In this document: piece by piece, positions 19,623-29,699 of the stretch
How the letters are laid out: the number at the start of each line of letters is the position of its first letter
How positions within the stretch are numbered: the first letter of the stretch is position 1
Source: a bacterium
GTDB lineage: Bacteria > SAR324 > JACQKK01
NCBI GenBank assembly: GCA_965240465.1
Contig: OZ251219.1
Location: 736,001 to 800,000 of the forward strand
DNA: 64,000 nucleotides
Reading direction: 5' to 3'
Notes under the pieces: model-generated
Seen by the model: the letters and a program-made list of their open reading frames with translations, nothing else
The model's database searches: none
Told to the model about the DNA's origin: nothing
Translations under genes and position numbers: made by a program

Positions 19623-20237
19623 ATGACTTATTTGCCAATGGAAACCAATAGCAAATTATCTCAAGGGGGGTTAAGTTGCGGCCATGGTAGCGTATTTCCC
19701 CCGCTTCCCCAAAAAAGATTCCCCATTATTTATGCAGATCCTCCCTGGGACTATAAAGGGCAGTTGCAACATGCAGGAAAAGGTAATGGAGACTCTGGAG
19801 GGGCAGTAAAACATTATCCCACGGTGACAGTTAAGGACTTAATGAAGCTAGCGGTTAATGAAATAGCCACCGATGATAGTTTGCTTTTTATGTGGTCAAC
19901 TTCTCCTCACTTAGACCAAGCAATAGATTTGGGACGGGCTTGGGGATTTCGGTGGGCCACGGTTGCTTTTGTTTGGAATAAGCTAAAAACTAACCCGGGT
20001 TTTTACACCCTCTCTCAATGTGAATTGTGTCTGGTTATGAAAAGAGGTAAGATTCCCCACCCCCGAGGTGCTAGGGACGTCCGACAACTAATTGAAGTGA
20101 AGAGGAACGGTCATAGTGAAAAACCCCAAGAGGCAAAGATAAGGATTGAGAACATGTTTCCCTCCCTTAAAAAAATTGAGCTTTTTGCCCGCAGCATTAG
20201 CGGTAAGAATTGGCATCACTGGGGTTTGGTTCAATGA
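19623..20237 (+). CDS. MT-A70 family N6-adenine methyltransferase (orphan)
   Basis: IIYADPPW, LFMW, WGF, HSEKP, KIELFAR. Confidence 0.9.
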   Translation: MTYLPMETNSKLSQGGLSCGHGSVFPPLPQKRFPIIYADPPWDYKGQLQHAGKGNGDSGGAVKHYPTVTVKDLMKLAVNEIATDDSLLFMWSTSPHLDQAIDLGRAWGFRWATVAFVWNKLKTNPGFYTLSQCELCLVMKRGKIPHPRGARDVRQLIEVKRNGHSEKPQEAKIRIENMFPSLKKIELFARSISGKNWHHWGLVQ

Positions 20238-20286
20238 GAGAACGCCAATGAGAGAACGCACGAGAGAACACCAATTAGAGAACATC
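20232..20286 (+). repeat. 14-bp decaying tandem repeat starting at the MT-A70 stop codon
   Basis: CAATGAGAGAACGC x2 plus two degenerate copies. Confidence 0.8.
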
Positions 20287-20388
20287 CTGAGGAAAAAGCG
20301 ACCGAATGTCTCAAAAATAGCTGCATCCTCAATGCTTGGTTTCATCAGCTAGATCCCCTCCTGCCACTCTTGGTATGAGGGGGGCGGA

Positions 20389-21261
20389 TTACTCGGGGGA
20401 TTTTTCAGAGGATTTCTCGGGGGATTTTTCTTTTTCAAGTTCTTTCACTTGGACGGTGTCAGGTTCTTCTTTTTCTACCTGAGGAGGTTCAGGTTCTTTC
20501 ACTTGGGCGGTGTCAGGTTCTTCTTTTTCTACCTGAGGAGGTTCAGGTTCTTTCACTTGGGCGGTGTCAGGTTCTTCTTTTTCTACCTGAGGAGGTTCAG
20601 GTTCTTTCACTTGGGTGGTGTCAGGCTCTTCTTTTTCTACCTGAGGAGGTTCAGGTTCTTTCACTTGGGTGGTGAAAGGTTCTTTCTTGAGTAGCTCTGG
20701 AGGGCTAGATTTACCGCCCTTTCCTTTGGCAAGCACCATGGATAGGGTACGGCGTTCTAGTTTTATTTCGCCTTCCACTGTGGCGATTTCTTCCATTTCA
20801 TGGGCAAAGCGTTCCATCAATTGTTCGCCCAGTTCGCGGTGAGTTACTTCACGTCCCCTAAATTGGACGGTGATCTTTACCTTGTCGCCTTGCTCAATGA
20901 AATGCATGGCGTGCTTGACCTTGAATTGCAGGTCGTGTTCCTCGATTTTAGGGCGGAGCTTAATTTCCTTCAGGTGGACTATTTTTTGATTTTTTTTGGC
21001 TTCGTGCTGACGCTTGCTGATCTGATATTTGAACTGTCCATAATCCATAACCCGACAAACAGGAGGATTAGCTTTGGAATCTACCTCCACCAGGTCCAAG
21101 CCAGCATTTTCTGCCAGACGCAGTGCTGAGGAAGTATCCATGGCTCCCAGCTGCTCTCCATCAGAGCTGATAACAAACACTTCAGGACTACAGATGTCTT
21201 TGTTAACCCGGTTGCGGGGTTCCTTTACCCGGGTATGAAACTGGCGAGGGGAGTATGCGAT
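20389..21261 (-). CDS. infC: Translation initiation factor IF-3 with repetitive C-terminal tail; probable ATC start
   Basis: LDLVEV, PPVCRVMDYG, LKEIKLRPKI, FRGRE; AGGA 10 nt before an in-frame ATC at 21261. Confidence 0.95.
   Translation of the reverse strand: MAYSPRQFHTRVKEPRNRVNKDICSPEVFVISSDGEQLGAMDTSSALRLAENAGLDLVEVDSKANPPVCRVMDYGQFKYQISKRQHEAKKNQKIVHLKEIKLRPKIEEHDLQFKVKHAMHFIEQGDKVKITVQFRGREVTHRELGEQLMERFAHEMEEIATVEGEIKLERRTLSMVLAKGKGGKSSPPELLKKEPFTTQVKEPEPPQVEKEEPDTTQVKEPEPPQVEKEEPDTAQVKEPEPPQVEKEEPDTAQVKEPEPPQVEKEEPDTVQVKELEKEKSPEKSSEKSPE
20434..20684 (-). repeat. In-frame 54-bp tandem repeat (4+ copies, TxQVKEPEPPQVEKEEPD)
   Basis: Direct reading of nucleotide and protein. Confidence 0.95.
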
Positions 21262-21375
21262 AGCGAAAATATCCTGGAGCTGAGATCTTAAAAAGAAGCA
21301 AGCGCGACATGTCCCCAAGTGCGACATGCCCATGTGTCAGAAAGTATCAAATATTGGGTAGGAATGTCAACTGTA

Positions 21376-22695
21376 TTAAGTAATTTTATGAGGTATCACC
21401 GAGCGAGCCCGCATGATTTCATGGAGTACTTGGGGGTGAGTTTCTAGGTTTGCCATACGCTTTAACCAGCGAGCTGCCAATTTACTCTGGCTTTGCCCCA
21501 GTGCCCAGACAGCTGCTCCTCGGATAAGGGGTTCTGACTCACTGAGTAAGAGACGGCAGAGGGTTCTCAGGGCTTGGAGAGGGGCATGGAATTCGTTTTT
21601 TTGTAGTTGATTACCCAGGGCTATGGCAGCATTACGGAGTAGTCCTCGTCTTTTTGGTCGTGCCAGTGGTGTTTGGGAGAACCTTTGCTGCCACTGAGAC
21701 TCATCTTCTGCTAGCAATTCCAGCAAATTTGGTTGGTCCTGAGAGGCAAGAGGCAGAAAATCGGGTTCAGTGGTGGTAGTGAAAGTATTATTCCAGGGAC
21801 AAACTTGCTGACAAATATCACATCCAAAGATCCAGCTATCCATAGCGGATCTCAGGTGTATGGGTAGCGGTCCTTTGTGTTCAATGGTGAGATATGAAAT
21901 ACAACGAGTAGCATCCAGGGTGCCAGAGTCGCTCAGGGCTTGAGTGGGACAGGCATCCAGGCAGGCACGACAACTACCGCAGCTATTGGCGATTGGGAGT
22001 TCTTGCATAAATTTAGCTACTGGATAATTTGGGTTCGCACTGCGGGTTAATTTTTTTACTCTGGGGAGCTGTTTCTTTGATGGCTGGTTTTTCAGGTGAT
22101 CGGGTACTGGGCAGTTGAGTAGCAATTCCGCTAAGAACCACCAGGAGCCATGGCGGTGATTGATGAGCATGGTATTTTTTCCGATCCAACCGAGTCCTGC
22201 CCTCACAGCCCATTCGCGTTCTAGCAAGGGTTTAGAGTCCACGCAAGCGACATAACGCAGTGGCGTAGCTGGTAGCAGGGAGGAGTTGGATTGTCGTTGT
22301 AGCCAGACTGCTAATTGTTCCAGCTTGTTGCCGAGGATTTGGTGATAGTCTTTTTGGTGAGCATAACGAGAAACCTGTCCGCACCCGTTTTTTTTATCAG
22401 TAGACATATGATGCCCATAGGGGTGAGCTAGTACCAGTATGGATCTTGCCCAAGGAGCAAAATGGAGGAGGTTTTTTTTCAGGTAGCTGTGCCGATGCAA
22501 ATATTGCATGCCTGCAGCATAGCCTTGTTTCAGCCAAGCCTGATAAAATTCATGGGTGCCGCTGGAGGCAACCTTCAGCCATCCTATTTCGGCAAATCCC
22601 AGTGTTTCTGTTTTTTGTTTAAGTTGCTCCCAGCTGATCTCTGCTAGGGAGGAATTCGCAGCAGGCTCGGGAGGACACATGATATTCATCATCAA
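21376..22695 (-). CDS. queG: Epoxyqueuosine reductase
   Basis: VSRYA...DYH, AGLGWIGKN, CGSCRACLDACPT, GCDICQQVCPWN, C-terminal HEAT repeats. Confidence 0.95.
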   Translation of the reverse strand: MMMNIMCPPEPAANSSLAEISWEQLKQKTETLGFAEIGWLKVASSGTHEFYQAWLKQGYAAGMQYLHRHSYLKKNLLHFAPWARSILVLAHPYGHHMSTDKKNGCGQVSRYAHQKDYHQILGNKLEQLAVWLQRQSNSSLLPATPLRYVACVDSKPLLEREWAVRAGLGWIGKNTMLINHRHGSWWFLAELLLNCPVPDHLKNQPSKKQLPRVKKLTRSANPNYPVAKFMQELPIANSCGSCRACLDACPTQALSDSGTLDATRCISYLTIEHKGPLPIHLRSAMDSWIFGCDICQQVCPWNNTFTTTTEPDFLPLASQDQPNLLELLAEDESQWQQRFSQTPLARPKRRGLLRNAAIALGNQLQKNEFHAPLQALRTLCRLLLSESEPLIRGAAVWALGQSQSKLAARWLKRMANLETHPQVLHEIMRARSVIPHKIT

Positions 22696-22700
22696 TTATT

Positions 22701-22800
22701 CTAGTCATGGCTTTCCTTAGTCATGGCTCTCCTTAGTCATGGCTCTCCTTAGTCATGGCTCTCCTTAGTCATGGCTTTCCTTAGTCATGGCTTTCCTTAG
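22701..22800 (-). repeat. 16-bp tandem repeat x6 copying the fdx 3' end including its stop codon
   Basis: Minus strand GGA(A/G)AGCCATGACTAA x6. Confidence 0.96.
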
Positions 22801-23206
22801 CCAAGTTCCTGTTCCAGGAGGGTATTTTCACTACCAGATCCTCACTGCCATTGGCTATGCATTGGCATGCCAAGCGGGATTTCATGGTCAGCCCAGGGGC
22901 TTCGTCCAGCATTTCGTCTTCTTCATCGGAAATTTCATTGCAACTATCATATCCAGATTCAATTATTACGTGACAGGTAGAACAGGCTGCAAATCCGCCA
23001 CAGGCGTGATCAATGTCAATCCCGTTTTTCATAGCCCAATCCAGCACCGATCCTGGTAGACCTTCATGGTGCTCGTTATCATCCGCGACCGGTCCAGCTG
23101 CTACGGTTTTATCCAGCGGCGAAAAGGTGAGCTTGAAATCCTGACGAGGACCTTCCACCTGAGCGTTCAAACGAGATAATGAACGGGATTTACTAACTTC
23201 TGACAT
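22781..23206 (-). CDS. fdx: ISC-type 2Fe-2S ferredoxin
   Basis: HACGGFAACSTCHV, EDEMLD, SRLACQC. Confidence 0.92.
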   Translation of the reverse strand: MSEVSKSRSLSRLNAQVEGPRQDFKLTFSPLDKTVAAGPVADDNEHHEGLPGSVLDWAMKNGIDIDHACGGFAACSTCHVIIESGYDSCNEISDEEDEMLDEAPGLTMKSRLACQCIANGSEDLVVKIPSWNRNLAKESHD

Positions 23207-23311
23207 AATGGAAATAACCTGCGGTGAACTAATAAGAAATGCTTACTCTACCAATCTATCATAACCATGAGCAATCATCAGGCGGACTGTCAATGTGAAA
23301 TACAAACACCT

Positions 23312-23758
23312 CTAGCCGAATACCAGCATCAAGATTCCGCCCAGGCTAAGTAGCAACCACAAGGGATACAAATTGGCAAGGGCACGCTTCTCTAATAGCA
23401 TGGTCAGGAACAAAACGGCAATAGATGTCGGGGCTAGCCAGTAGCGAGGCGAGAAAGATAGTAGCAATATTGGCCAGCCGATAGCGAATCCGAGTTCCAG
23501 ACAAAGGGTACGCACCCCAAAGGATACCTTGCAATAACGGCAACGACCTCTCAAATAAAGCCAAGCGAGTAGGGGTATATTATCAAACCAGGGGAGTTGT
23601 TTTTCGCATGCCAAGCAATGAGAATGAAGAGGATAAAACCAACTGATGGGCTTATCAGCAATGGTAGCTCGGGCTAGGGTCGGGCCTTGGTATCTAGGGC
23701 TGCGATCCAGGCATTGATTAAGAAAACTTCCCCAGCAGGCACCTATAATAGCCACCAA
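23312..23758 (-). CDS. Prepilin peptidase A24 N-terminal (Zn-binding) domain protein, lacking the protease domain
   Basis: GSFLN, SHCLAC, WFDNIPLLAWLYLRGRCRYC; only 148 aa. Confidence 0.8.
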   Translation of the reverse strand: MVAIIGACWGSFLNQCLDRSPRYQGPTLARATIADKPISWFYPLHSHCLACEKQLPWFDNIPLLAWLYLRGRCRYCKVSFGVRTLCLELGFAIGWPILLLSFSPRYWLAPTSIAVLFLTMLLEKRALANLYPLWLLLSLGGILMLVFG

Positions 23759-23937
23759 TAAGGGGTTTTTGATGAGAATATCTATGATGCATTCCTAAAG
23801 GGAGGGGGGAGAGGGGAGTATTATTCAATTCTGCCGATATGCTTACAGAATTTAATCAATATGGTTTTTGGTACTTAAAGCATCGGGTATATTATAAGGT
23901 GTTATTGTTTTAATAGCTTTGTATAGGGAAAATTTTA

Positions 23938-24327
23938 GTGTCTATTTTCAATCAAATCATTCAAAGGGAGGTTTCCGCGGAAATCGTACAAGAGAACGAG
24001 CAGATTATATCTTTTATGGATATTTACCCCAAGGGCATCGGACATACCCTAGTGGTACCCAAGCGGGAATGCCCTAATTTTGATGAACTTCAGCTAGCAG
24101 AGATTCATAGCCTGATAGAAGTGGTGTCTTTGGTGGCTAAGGCTCAGCAACGAGCTTTTGGCAATAGTGATTACAATTTAATTCTCAACAATGGAGCTTT
24201 GGCGAGTCAGCAAGTTTTTCACGTTCATATGCATGTGATTCCGCGTTATAAGGAGGGTCAGGCACCTTCTGGAGATATTGTTACTTTGGCAAAGCAGTTA
24301 CGCCAAGCAATCATCGCTGCCGAGTAG
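23938..24327 (+). CDS. HIT family nucleotide hydrolase
   Basis: GHTLVVPK, HVHMHVIPR. Confidence 0.95.
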   Translation: MSIFNQIIQREVSAEIVQENEQIISFMDIYPKGIGHTLVVPKRECPNFDELQLAEIHSLIEVVSLVAKAQQRAFGNSDYNLILNNGALASQQVFHVHMHVIPRYKEGQAPSGDIVTLAKQLRQAIIAAE

Positions 24328-24520
24328 CTGGGGGCAGATTTGATGCAGAGGCAAGTTCTATCCAGAGGCAGATATTAGCTGGGGGCAGATTTGATGCAGA
24401 GGCAAGTTCTATCCAGAGACAGATTTGATGCAGAGGCAGGTTCTATCCAGAGGCAAGTTTTATCCAGAGGCAAGTTTTATCCAGAGGCAAGTTTTATCCA
24501 GAGGCAAGTTTTATCCAGAG
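24325..24520. repeat. Higher-order tandem array of about 17-bp units between convergent HIT and aspC stop codons
   Basis: ATCCAGAGGCAAGTTTT, ATGCAGAGGCAAGTTCT and TAGCTGGGGGCAGATT variants. Confidence 0.92.
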
Positions 24521-25764
24521 GATTGCAAGGTGGTTTTGATGGATTCCACCACATAGTCCAAGTTTTCAGAAGTCAGTGCAGAGACATTAATTCTTCCGCT
24601 GTCTAGGAAGTACACTCCAAAGCGTTTACGCAAGGTGAGGGCGTGTTCAGGGGATAAGTTGGTGAGGGCGAACATACCCCTTTGGCGAATAATGGGAGAG
24701 AAGTCAATCTCTGAAATGGAAGAGAGGCGTTTTGCAAACAAGCCCCGCATTTTTTGAATTCGCAGCCGCATTTGGACGATTTCTGCTTCCCACTGGGTTT
24801 TTATCTTTGGGGTGTCCAGCAACAAGAGAGCGACTTGTCCTCCATGGGAGGGGGGATTGGAATAAAGAGCTCGGGCGTGAAATTTGGCTTGGCTGAGAAC
24901 CAGTCGGGCTTGCTTGGCATTCTGGCATACGATGACCAAAGCTCCAGTTCGTTCTCGGTAGATACCCATGGTTTTAGATAAGGTATAAGTGATTACAAAG
25001 TCTTGTCCGCTTTCGGCAAATATCTTAATGGCTTGCACATCTGCTACCATGCCATCACCGAAGCCTTGGTAGGCACAGTCCAACACCGCTAGGGCTCCTG
25101 TTTTAGCTAATACAGTGGTTATTCTCCGCCAGGTATCGGCGGTCATATCGATTCCGCTGGGGTTGTGGCAACAAACCTGTAGTACCACCACATCTCCCCG
25201 AGATACCTTTTGCAACTGGGCGAGCATCTCTTCTTCCCGCAGGCTGTAGGTAGATGAGTCCAGATATGGATAGTATTCCACCTTCATTCTCGCAGCTTGG
25301 AACAAACCCTTATGTCCCACCCAGCTGGGAGTACTCAGCCAGACGGTCTGGCTACCTAAGGTACGGGCTGATAAATCTGCCAACAAACGTAATGCCCCTA
25401 CTCCCCCAGTCGTGTGAAGAGATACCACCCGCTGGCTATCCAGCAGAGGATGCTCTGCTCCCAACAGAAGTTCTTGCACGTGCCGACCGTAACGGGCTTC
25501 TCCCTCAATACTTAAGTAAGACTTAGAGGTCTCTTGCTCTAGTAGCAAGGCTTCGGCTTGTTTAACGCTTTTTGGCACCGAATTAACACCAGTATCATCG
25601 GTGTATACTCCCGCGCAGAGGGTTATTTTTTCGGGACGGGGGTCGGCTCTGTATTGCTCCAGCAAACTAAAGATAGGATCCTGAGGTGCCGCAATATCAA
25701 TGGCCGATAATGGATGATTCAGATGGGCTAAAGAAACTCTGGAATCTTGATTTTGGTTCGGCAT
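24511..25764 (-). CDS. aspC: Aspartate/aromatic amino acid aminotransferase (class I)
   Basis: GVYTD, CCHNPSGID, DCAYQGFG, SKTMGIYRERTG, SGRINV. Confidence 0.9.
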   Translation of the reverse strand: MPNQNQDSRVSLAHLNHPLSAIDIAAPQDPIFSLLEQYRADPRPEKITLCAGVYTDDTGVNSVPKSVKQAEALLLEQETSKSYLSIEGEARYGRHVQELLLGAEHPLLDSQRVVSLHTTGGVGALRLLADLSARTLGSQTVWLSTPSWVGHKGLFQAARMKVEYYPYLDSSTYSLREEEMLAQLQKVSRGDVVVLQVCCHNPSGIDMTADTWRRITTVLAKTGALAVLDCAYQGFGDGMVADVQAIKIFAESGQDFVITYTLSKTMGIYRERTGALVIVCQNAKQARLVLSQAKFHARALYSNPPSHGGQVALLLLDTPKIKTQWEAEIVQMRLRIQKMRGLFAKRLSSISEIDFSPIIRQRGMFALTNLSPEHALTLRKRFGVYFLDSGRINVSALTSENLDYVVESIKTTLQSSG

Positions 25765-25873
25765 GGATTGTCCCTGGATTGATAAATTGGTACGGGGTTT
25801 GAGAAATGTATCTGAGAAATATATCTAAGAGCTGGTCGGTAGCTTTTTAAGGCTGAGAGCTAAGTTTGTGGAG

Positions 25874-26575
25874 TCATCCACGTAACTCTATCACTTTATC
25901 ACCATAACCCATAAGCAATAGTTGTGTCATGTTGCAGAATAATCCCGTTTCCAGGACTCCCATTATGGAACGCAGTTGGGCTTCGGTTTGGCTGGGAAAG
26001 GGAATGCTACCTCCCCAATTGCAATCCAGGATATAACCTCCATTATCGGTGAGCCAAGGCTGGCTACCGCGGTAGCGTAACTGAGGTTGACATCCCAATT
26101 TTTTCAAGCGTTCAGCCGTTTGCTGCCAGCCAAATGTGGCTACCTCTAAGGGTAGCAAACCCACTCCCAGTTGTTTGACCTGCTTACTGGAATCGGCAAC
26201 AATCACCAACTTATGAGAAGCCGCCGCCACCATTTTTTCCCTTAACAAGGCACCACCACCACCCTTGATTAAATTTAACTGAGGATCAAACTCATCCGTG
26301 CCATCCAAAGTGAGGTCAATTCCGCCAGCCCAAAATGCCTCTTCCATGCTCATCAGCGGAATGTTTAACTCCCCCGCCAACCGAGTAGTCTCCAAAGATG
26401 TGGAAACTCCTCGCACCCGCAACCCCCCCTCAATACGTCTCCCGAGTGCCATCAGCACTCGGGCAACCGTGCTACCACTACCCAATCCCAGTATCATGCC
26501 ATCTTCTGCTAGCTCGGCTGCTCTTTGGGCAGCCAGGGTTTTTTCCTTATCCAGCTGAGGATTGGTCTTAGTCAT
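25874..26575 (-). CDS. rpiA: Ribose-5-phosphate isomerase A
   Basis: GLGSGST, DGTDE, IKGGGGALLREK; start ATG 26575 overlaps the tatB stop. Confidence 0.97.
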   Translation of the reverse strand: MTKTNPQLDKEKTLAAQRAAELAEDGMILGLGSGSTVARVLMALGRRIEGGLRVRGVSTSLETTRLAGELNIPLMSMEEAFWAGGIDLTLDGTDEFDPQLNLIKGGGGALLREKMVAAASHKLVIVADSSKQVKQLGVGLLPLEVATFGWQQTAERLKKLGCQPQLRYRGSQPWLTDNGGYILDCNWGGSIPFPSQTEAQLRSIMGVLETGLFCNMTQLLLMGYGDKVIELRG

Positions 26576-26939
26576 TTTTCTTAATAGATTCTTTGATAGG
26601 GCTTGCTTTGATAGGGCTTGCTTTTTTAGAACGGCTCTGGCTCGCCTTGGTAGTTTTTTTAGCACTTCCCTTTGTTCTGCCCAAAACTCCGAACCGAGTC
26701 TGACTGCCCAATTTTTCTAATTCTTGTTGAACCTCTTGCTTGGTTTCTTCCAGTCCGACATCTTGTTCCAAGCGTTCTGCTTCTTGGTGCATGAGATCTC
26801 GTAACTCATTACCCGCCCGTTGTAGCTGAGCCAACATGCGACCCAGCCCTCTAGCTACCTGCGGTAGATGTCTGGGACCGATTACCACTATTGCTACCGC
26901 AGCTAGAAGTAGCAATTCTTGTATTCCTAATCCAAACAA
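26568..26939 (-). CDS. tatB: Twin-arginine translocase subunit TatB
   Basis: MFGLGIQEL...VVIGP.HLP.VAR.LG; tail with in-frame 15-bp repeat (ASPIK). Confidence 0.88.
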   Translation of the reverse strand: MFGLGIQELLLLAAVAIVVIGPRHLPQVARGLGRMLAQLQRAGNELRDLMHQEAERLEQDVGLEETKQEVQQELEKLGSQTRFGVLGRTKGSAKKTTKASQSRSKKASPIKASPIKESIKKND

Positions 26940-27067
26940 CAGCTATTTTCCCTTTAATTGACGATAGCAGGTCTAATGTATATTATGGTAGCATGAATGC
27001 AGATTCATCAGGAATGGATTTGTGATGCCTTAGCCATGCTTATAGGTTAACTGTAGGCGACGCCCCA

Positions 27068-27556
27068 GTGATAGTCATGACCCCCCCCCAGCAACCCCCA
27101 ACTCCCCCCAACCCCTCAGCCCCCGACCCTCAAACACCAGCTCTGCCAGTTTCTCAAAAAAAACCTACCACCCTTAAAAATCCTTCCTCGCAGTTAAATC
27201 AAGACCCCGAGGCACTAGCTTGCTTGGAAGTACTGTGGCAGGTAGCTCTAGAACTAAAGGCACTAAACGCGGTAGCATTTGATGTTCGCTCTCGTACTCC
27301 CTTGATGGACTATGTGCTACTGTGTAGTGGTCGTTCTTCGGCTCATGTGCGTGGCATCGGAGAAAAAATGCTTAGCTCCCTGAAAGAGGCTCGCCAGTCA
27401 TGCTGGGGAGTGGAAGGAAGGAATACGGGAAACTGGCTTTTGTTGGATTGTGGAGTGGTATTAGCTCATGTCTTTCGTCAGGAGACCCGTCAACAATACG
27501 ATTTAGACTCGCTTTTGGATCACAATCCCAAAATAAAAACTGCTGCTGAAGAATAA
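27068..27556 (+). CDS. rsfS: Ribosome silencing factor
   Basis: KA..V..DV, GRSSAHV, WLLLDCGVVLAHVF...RQQYDLD. Confidence 0.92.
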   Translation: MIVMTPPQQPPTPPNPSAPDPQTPALPVSQKKPTTLKNPSSQLNQDPEALACLEVLWQVALELKALNAVAFDVRSRTPLMDYVLLCSGRSSAHVRGIGEKMLSSLKEARQSCWGVEGRNTGNWLLLDCGVVLAHVFRQETRQQYDLDSLLDHNPKIKTAAEE

Positions 27557-27584
27557 GTACCGCAGAATAAGTACCGCAGAATAG
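27550..27584 (+). repeat. 14-bp repeat x2.5 over the rsfS stop codon
   Basis: AGAATAAGTACCGC x2 plus AGAATAG. Confidence 0.85.
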
Positions 27585-27597
27585 GCGATGCCGAGGA

Positions 27598-28647
<1,050 letters not shown>

Positions 28648-28764
28648 TTACTAATCATCAAACATTTAACGAGGCACAATAACATACATTCATAGATTAC
28701 CCTAAAAGGCTTTCTTAGTATATTCCTTCATAAAGAAAAAACAACCTACTTGCAATCATCCACC

Positions 28765-29610
28765 TTAACGACAAATACCTCGCTCGGAAGAACGAACAAA
28801 ATTTATAAAGTGCTTAGCATGCGGATCATCCCCAAACTTTTTTCCTATCTGTAGCAGAGCTTCATCAGCTTTAAGATTCTTATTAAAAAACATTTTATAA
28901 ACTTCTTGCATAATTCTCACCTGCTGGTCAGAAAAACCCGCTCGCTCCAAACCCAGCCTATTCAATCCATACAAGCGAGCCCGATTGCCTACCACAAGCA
29001 CATAGGGGGCAACATCCTGAGTCAGGACGGTTGCAACTCCTGCCATCACTAACTTGCCAATCACGCAAAACTGATGCACCATCGTGAATCCCCCCGCATA
29101 GACACCATCCTCAATCCTGACATGTCCTGCTAGTGTTGTACCATTAGCCATGGTGATATCGTTGCCCAAGACGCAATTATGGGCTACGTGGCAGTATGCC
29201 ATTATCCAATTCCTATTCCCTATCTTAGTTCTACCACCATGCTCTGGACTACCCCGATTAAGGGTCACAAACTCTCTGAAAACATTGTCATCCCCGATCT
29301 CCAAAAAGGCTTCATCTTCACGGCAATGTTTCTTGTCTTGGGGCGGCTGACCAATACTAGCGTGCGAATAAACATGATTCCTCTTCCCCATAGTCGTGTT
29401 GCTTTCTATAATCACATGAGATTGCAACTCGGTGTTCTCCCCCAGTACCACCCCATGACCAATTACACAATAAGGACCGATCACTACCCCGTCCCCCAAC
29501 TGAACACTATCATCAACTATCGCAGTAGGGTGAACCTGTGCTGCTGAGGAAACTGCTGGAGTTAATTTTGCTGGAGTTAATTTTGCTGGAAGTGGTTTTA
29601 AATTAGCCAA
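28765..29610 (-). CDS. lpxA: UDP-N-acetylglucosamine acyltransferase
   Basis: HPTAIV, hexapeptide repeats, PQDKK, HVAHNC, HQFC, SERGICR; TTG start at 29610 inferred; in-frame PAKLT duplication. Confidence 0.95.
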   Translation of the reverse strand: MANLKPLPAKLTPAKLTPAVSSAAQVHPTAIVDDSVQLGDGVVIGPYCVIGHGVVLGENTELQSHVIIESNTTMGKRNHVYSHASIGQPPQDKKHCREDEAFLEIGDDNVFREFVTLNRGSPEHGGRTKIGNRNWIMAYCHVAHNCVLGNDITMANGTTLAGHVRIEDGVYAGGFTMVHQFCVIGKLVMAGVATVLTQDVAPYVLVVGNRARLYGLNRLGLERAGFSDQQVRIMQEVYKMFFNKNLKADEALLQIGKKFGDDPHAKHFINFVRSSERGICR

Positions 29611-29699
29611 AGAACATCCATAACGAAAAATATCATACGACTCATCCCAAAAAATCCCCACCATCAGTGGTAGCACAATTTTCCACCAATGCCTAGCCC

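Noticed and set aside
21262-21333. ATG 21333 as the infC start
   Set aside because: Adds an atypical Cys-containing leader; infC normally uses a non-AUG start and the SD fits ATC 21261
24325-24606. CRISPR array, or small ORF 24391-24606
   Set aside because: No spacers; the ORF is a by-product of the repeat and antisense to aspC
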